Assembly: GCA_963708025.1 (NCBI GenBank)
Contig: CAVPSB010000028.1
Location: forward strand, 265-64,264
Length of the DNA stretch: 64,000 bases
Source: an uncultured Candidatus Rokubacteria bacterium
Lineage (GTDB): Bacteria > Methylomirabilota > Methylomirabilia > Rokubacteriales > DASRDR01
Direction of reading: 5' to 3'
In this document: piece by piece, positions 61,883 to 64,000 of the stretch
Position numbering within the stretch: position 1 is the first letter of the stretch
Layout: each line of letters opens with the position of its first letter
Translations under genes and position numbers: made by a program
The notes under the pieces: generated by a model
Database searches by the model: none
What the model saw: only the letters and a program-made list of their open reading frames with translations
Told to the model about the DNA's origin: nothing

Positions 61883-63469
61883 CTACCTCAGCCACACATC
61901 CTTGAACCGCATCATCCCGTCGGGGATCGGCTCGTAGCCCTGGACCTTCGGGCTGAAGGCCTTCGGCTCGATCGGGTGGACGATGAACAGGATCGGCAGC
62001 TCCTCGTGGAGGATGCGCGTCAGCTCGCTGTAGAGCTTCTTCCGCTCGGCCCGGTCGGAGACCTCCCGGGTCTTGTCCAGCAGCGCGTCGATCCGCGGGT
62101 TGGAGATGCCGGACCAGTTCAGCGACACGCCCTGGGTGGTCTTGAAGAACTGGAAGATGTTGCCGTCGGGGTCCGGGCGGCCGCTCCACTGGTACTGGAT
62201 CAGCTCGAAGTTCTTGTTGTTCCCGTCCGTGAGGAGCGTGGCGGAGTTGACCAGCTTGATCTTCATCGTGATGCCGGCCTCGGCGAGCTGGGCCTGCATC
62301 ACCTCGGCCTCCTGGACGTTGATCGGGATGTTGTTCGTGGTCATGCTGAAGGTGAGCCCGCCGGGCTGGCCGCTCTCAGCCAGCTTGGCCTTGGACCGGG
62401 CGAGATCCCGCTTGATCGGGGGGATGGTGTTGTCGTAGGCCCAGCTGGTGGGCGGGATCGGGCCGTTCGACGGCACGCCGACGTTCAGCCAGACCCCCTT
62501 CACGATCTGCTCGAGGTCCAGGGCGGAGGCGACCGCCTGGCGCAGCGCCTTGTTGGCGAACGGCGGCTTCGTATGGTTGAACTGATACCCGAAGGAGGCC
62601 AGCGACGGGACGTCCACCACCACCAGGCTCTTGTCGGCCTTGGCCGCCGCCACGTCGCGCGGCTGGATGTAATCGATCACGTCGATCTCGCCGGTCTGCA
62701 GGCTCTGCAGCTTGACGGTGTCCTCCGGAATCGGCCGGTAGCGGATCTGGTCCAGGTAGGGGCCGCCCTGCTTGTTCCAGTAGCCGTCGTGGCGCTTGAG
62801 CAGGATGTGATCGTCCTTGACCCACTCGACGAACTCGAACGGCCCGGTGCCGGCCCCCTTGGCGTTGCGCTCGAGGTCGGGGCCGCGCTCCTGGACGACC
62901 TTGGGGGAGACCATCATGCCGGCGCGATCGGTCAGCGTCGCCAGCAGCGCCGCGTCCGGCCGCCGCAGGTTGAGCTTGATGGTGTAGGGGTCGACCACGT
63001 CCACCGACTCGATGCTGGCCACCTCGCCCTTGCGGACCGACCTCGGCTCGGTCTTCATCCGGTTGAAGTTGAAGCGGGCCGCCTCGGCGTTGAAGTCGGT
63101 CCCGTCGTGGAACTTCACCCCCCGGCGCAGCTTGAAGATGAGCGTCTTGGGATCCGGCTGCTGCCAGGATTCGGCCAGGCCGGGCTTGATCCCGAGCTTG
63201 ACGTCCAGGACCACCAGCGGCTCGTAGAGGTTGTGGTAGACTTGCCGGTCGATCTTGCTGCCGGACAAGTGGGGATCCATGGTGGCGGCCTCGATGTAGA
63301 AGCCGACCCGGAGGGTGCCGCCCTTCCGGGGAGCGGGCGCCTGCTGGGCGCGAGCGGCCGGCGCCCCCTGGAGCCCCCAGGCCAGCCCGCCGGACGTGAC
63401 GGCCGACAGCCAGAGGAAACGGCGGCGGGACAGCTCTCGCGCGTTCCGGTCCGGGTCGGTCGATGCCAT
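61883..63469 (-). CDS. Family 5 ABC substrate-binding protein (DppA-like), Tat signal
   Basis: SRRRFL, PGLAESW, LRRGVKFHDG, GTGPF. Confidence 0.93.
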   Translation of the reverse strand: MASTDPDRNARELSRRRFLWLSAVTSGGLAWGLQGAPAARAQQAPAPRKGGTLRVGFYIEAATMDPHLSGSKIDRQVYHNLYEPLVVLDVKLGIKPGLAESWQQPDPKTLIFKLRRGVKFHDGTDFNAEAARFNFNRMKTEPRSVRKGEVASIESVDVVDPYTIKLNLRRPDAALLATLTDRAGMMVSPKVVQERGPDLERNAKGAGTGPFEFVEWVKDDHILLKRHDGYWNKQGGPYLDQIRYRPIPEDTVKLQSLQTGEIDVIDYIQPRDVAAAKADKSLVVVDVPSLASFGYQFNHTKPPFANKALRQAVASALDLEQIVKGVWLNVGVPSNGPIPPTSWAYDNTIPPIKRDLARSKAKLAESGQPGGLTFSMTTNNIPINVQEAEVMQAQLAEAGITMKIKLVNSATLLTDGNNKNFELIQYQWSGRPDPDGNIFQFFKTTQGVSLNWSGISNPRIDALLDKTREVSDRAERKKLYSELTRILHEELPILFIVHPIEPKAFSPKVQGYEPIPDGMMRFKDVWLR

Positions 63470-63695
63470 CGTCGGATCCCCCTCTCAGTCGGTCCGTCCG
63501 GTCTCCGGCCGTGATGCGTGATCCGCAGACCGCCGGGCGGCGCGCCGCGCGACGTTCGCTTCCGTGGGCCGAGGGTAGCCCACCCCGTTCGCCGATACAA
63601 GCCAGCCATCCGCCCTCCGACCTCCCGAACTGTGCTATGGTGGCCGGCGACGCTCGATGCCCCGAACCACCCGCATACCCGAGGAGGCCTCGACC

Positions 63696-64000
63696 ATGTT
63701 CCACCGATGCGCTCCAGACGCGGCTCGCTGCCTGCGGGCCCTCGGTCTCGCCCTGGTGGTGCTCAGCCTGGCCGCCGGCGGGGCGGAGGCGGAGACCCGG
63801 CTCAAGTTCATCGTCTGGAACTACCAGGTGGACACCGTGAAGGAGTTCGTCACCCAGTTCGAGGCCGAGAACCCCGACGTGAAGGTGGACATGGAAGTGA
63901 TCCCGTCCGCCCAGTACGCGGCCAAGATCCGCCTGATGAAGAACGCCAACACCCCGTTCGACGCCCTCTACGTCTTCGACCACATCCTCTCCCAGTGGGC
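63696..64000 (+). CDS. Family 1 (sugar-type) ABC substrate-binding protein, N-terminal part (runs off window)
   Basis: GGAGG RBS; signal peptide ending AEA; FEAENPDVKV. Confidence 0.8.
   Translation, partial: MFHRCAPDAARCLRALGLALVVLSLAAGGAEAETRLKFIVWNYQVDTVKEFVTQFEAENPDVKVDMEVIPSAQYAAKIRLMKNANTPFDALYVFDHILSQW

Overview
This is a high-GC bacterial window. Gene content and style from about 2.9 kb onward suggest a Rokubacteria/Methylomirabilota-like MAG (inference). Bases 1-~2935 look like a different, alphaproteobacterial-type segment (HAD hydrolase, heme A synthase, lipoprotein, MBOAT tail) joined abruptly to the rest. At 4-11 kb is a decayed defence-type island: DUF222-HNH gene, collapsed type I R-M hsdR/hsdM, AAA_14/DUF4143 ATPase, and an intact P-loop NTPase fused to a class III nucleotidyl cyclase. 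Most of the remainder is catabolic and transport operons: four ABC importers (one only starting at the window end), an HlyD/ABC exporter, M20 and M24 hydrolases including a DddP-like protein, proline racemase family, two Rieske oxygenases, TauD, PhyH, an OYE-like flavoenzyme, two DUF1989 and two amidohydrolases. Non-gene structure includes (i) six copies of a G/C-run palindromic element, two of them bracketing a gene in inverted orientation and two read as protein, (ii) two cassettes (vapBC and a dctM fragment) flanked by 55-108 bp duplications of a host gene 3' end, and (iii) many deletion-scar gene remnants. Scattered single-base frameshifts probably include sequencing or assembly errors. 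No tRNA, rRNA, CRISPR array, integrase or DDE transposase was seen.
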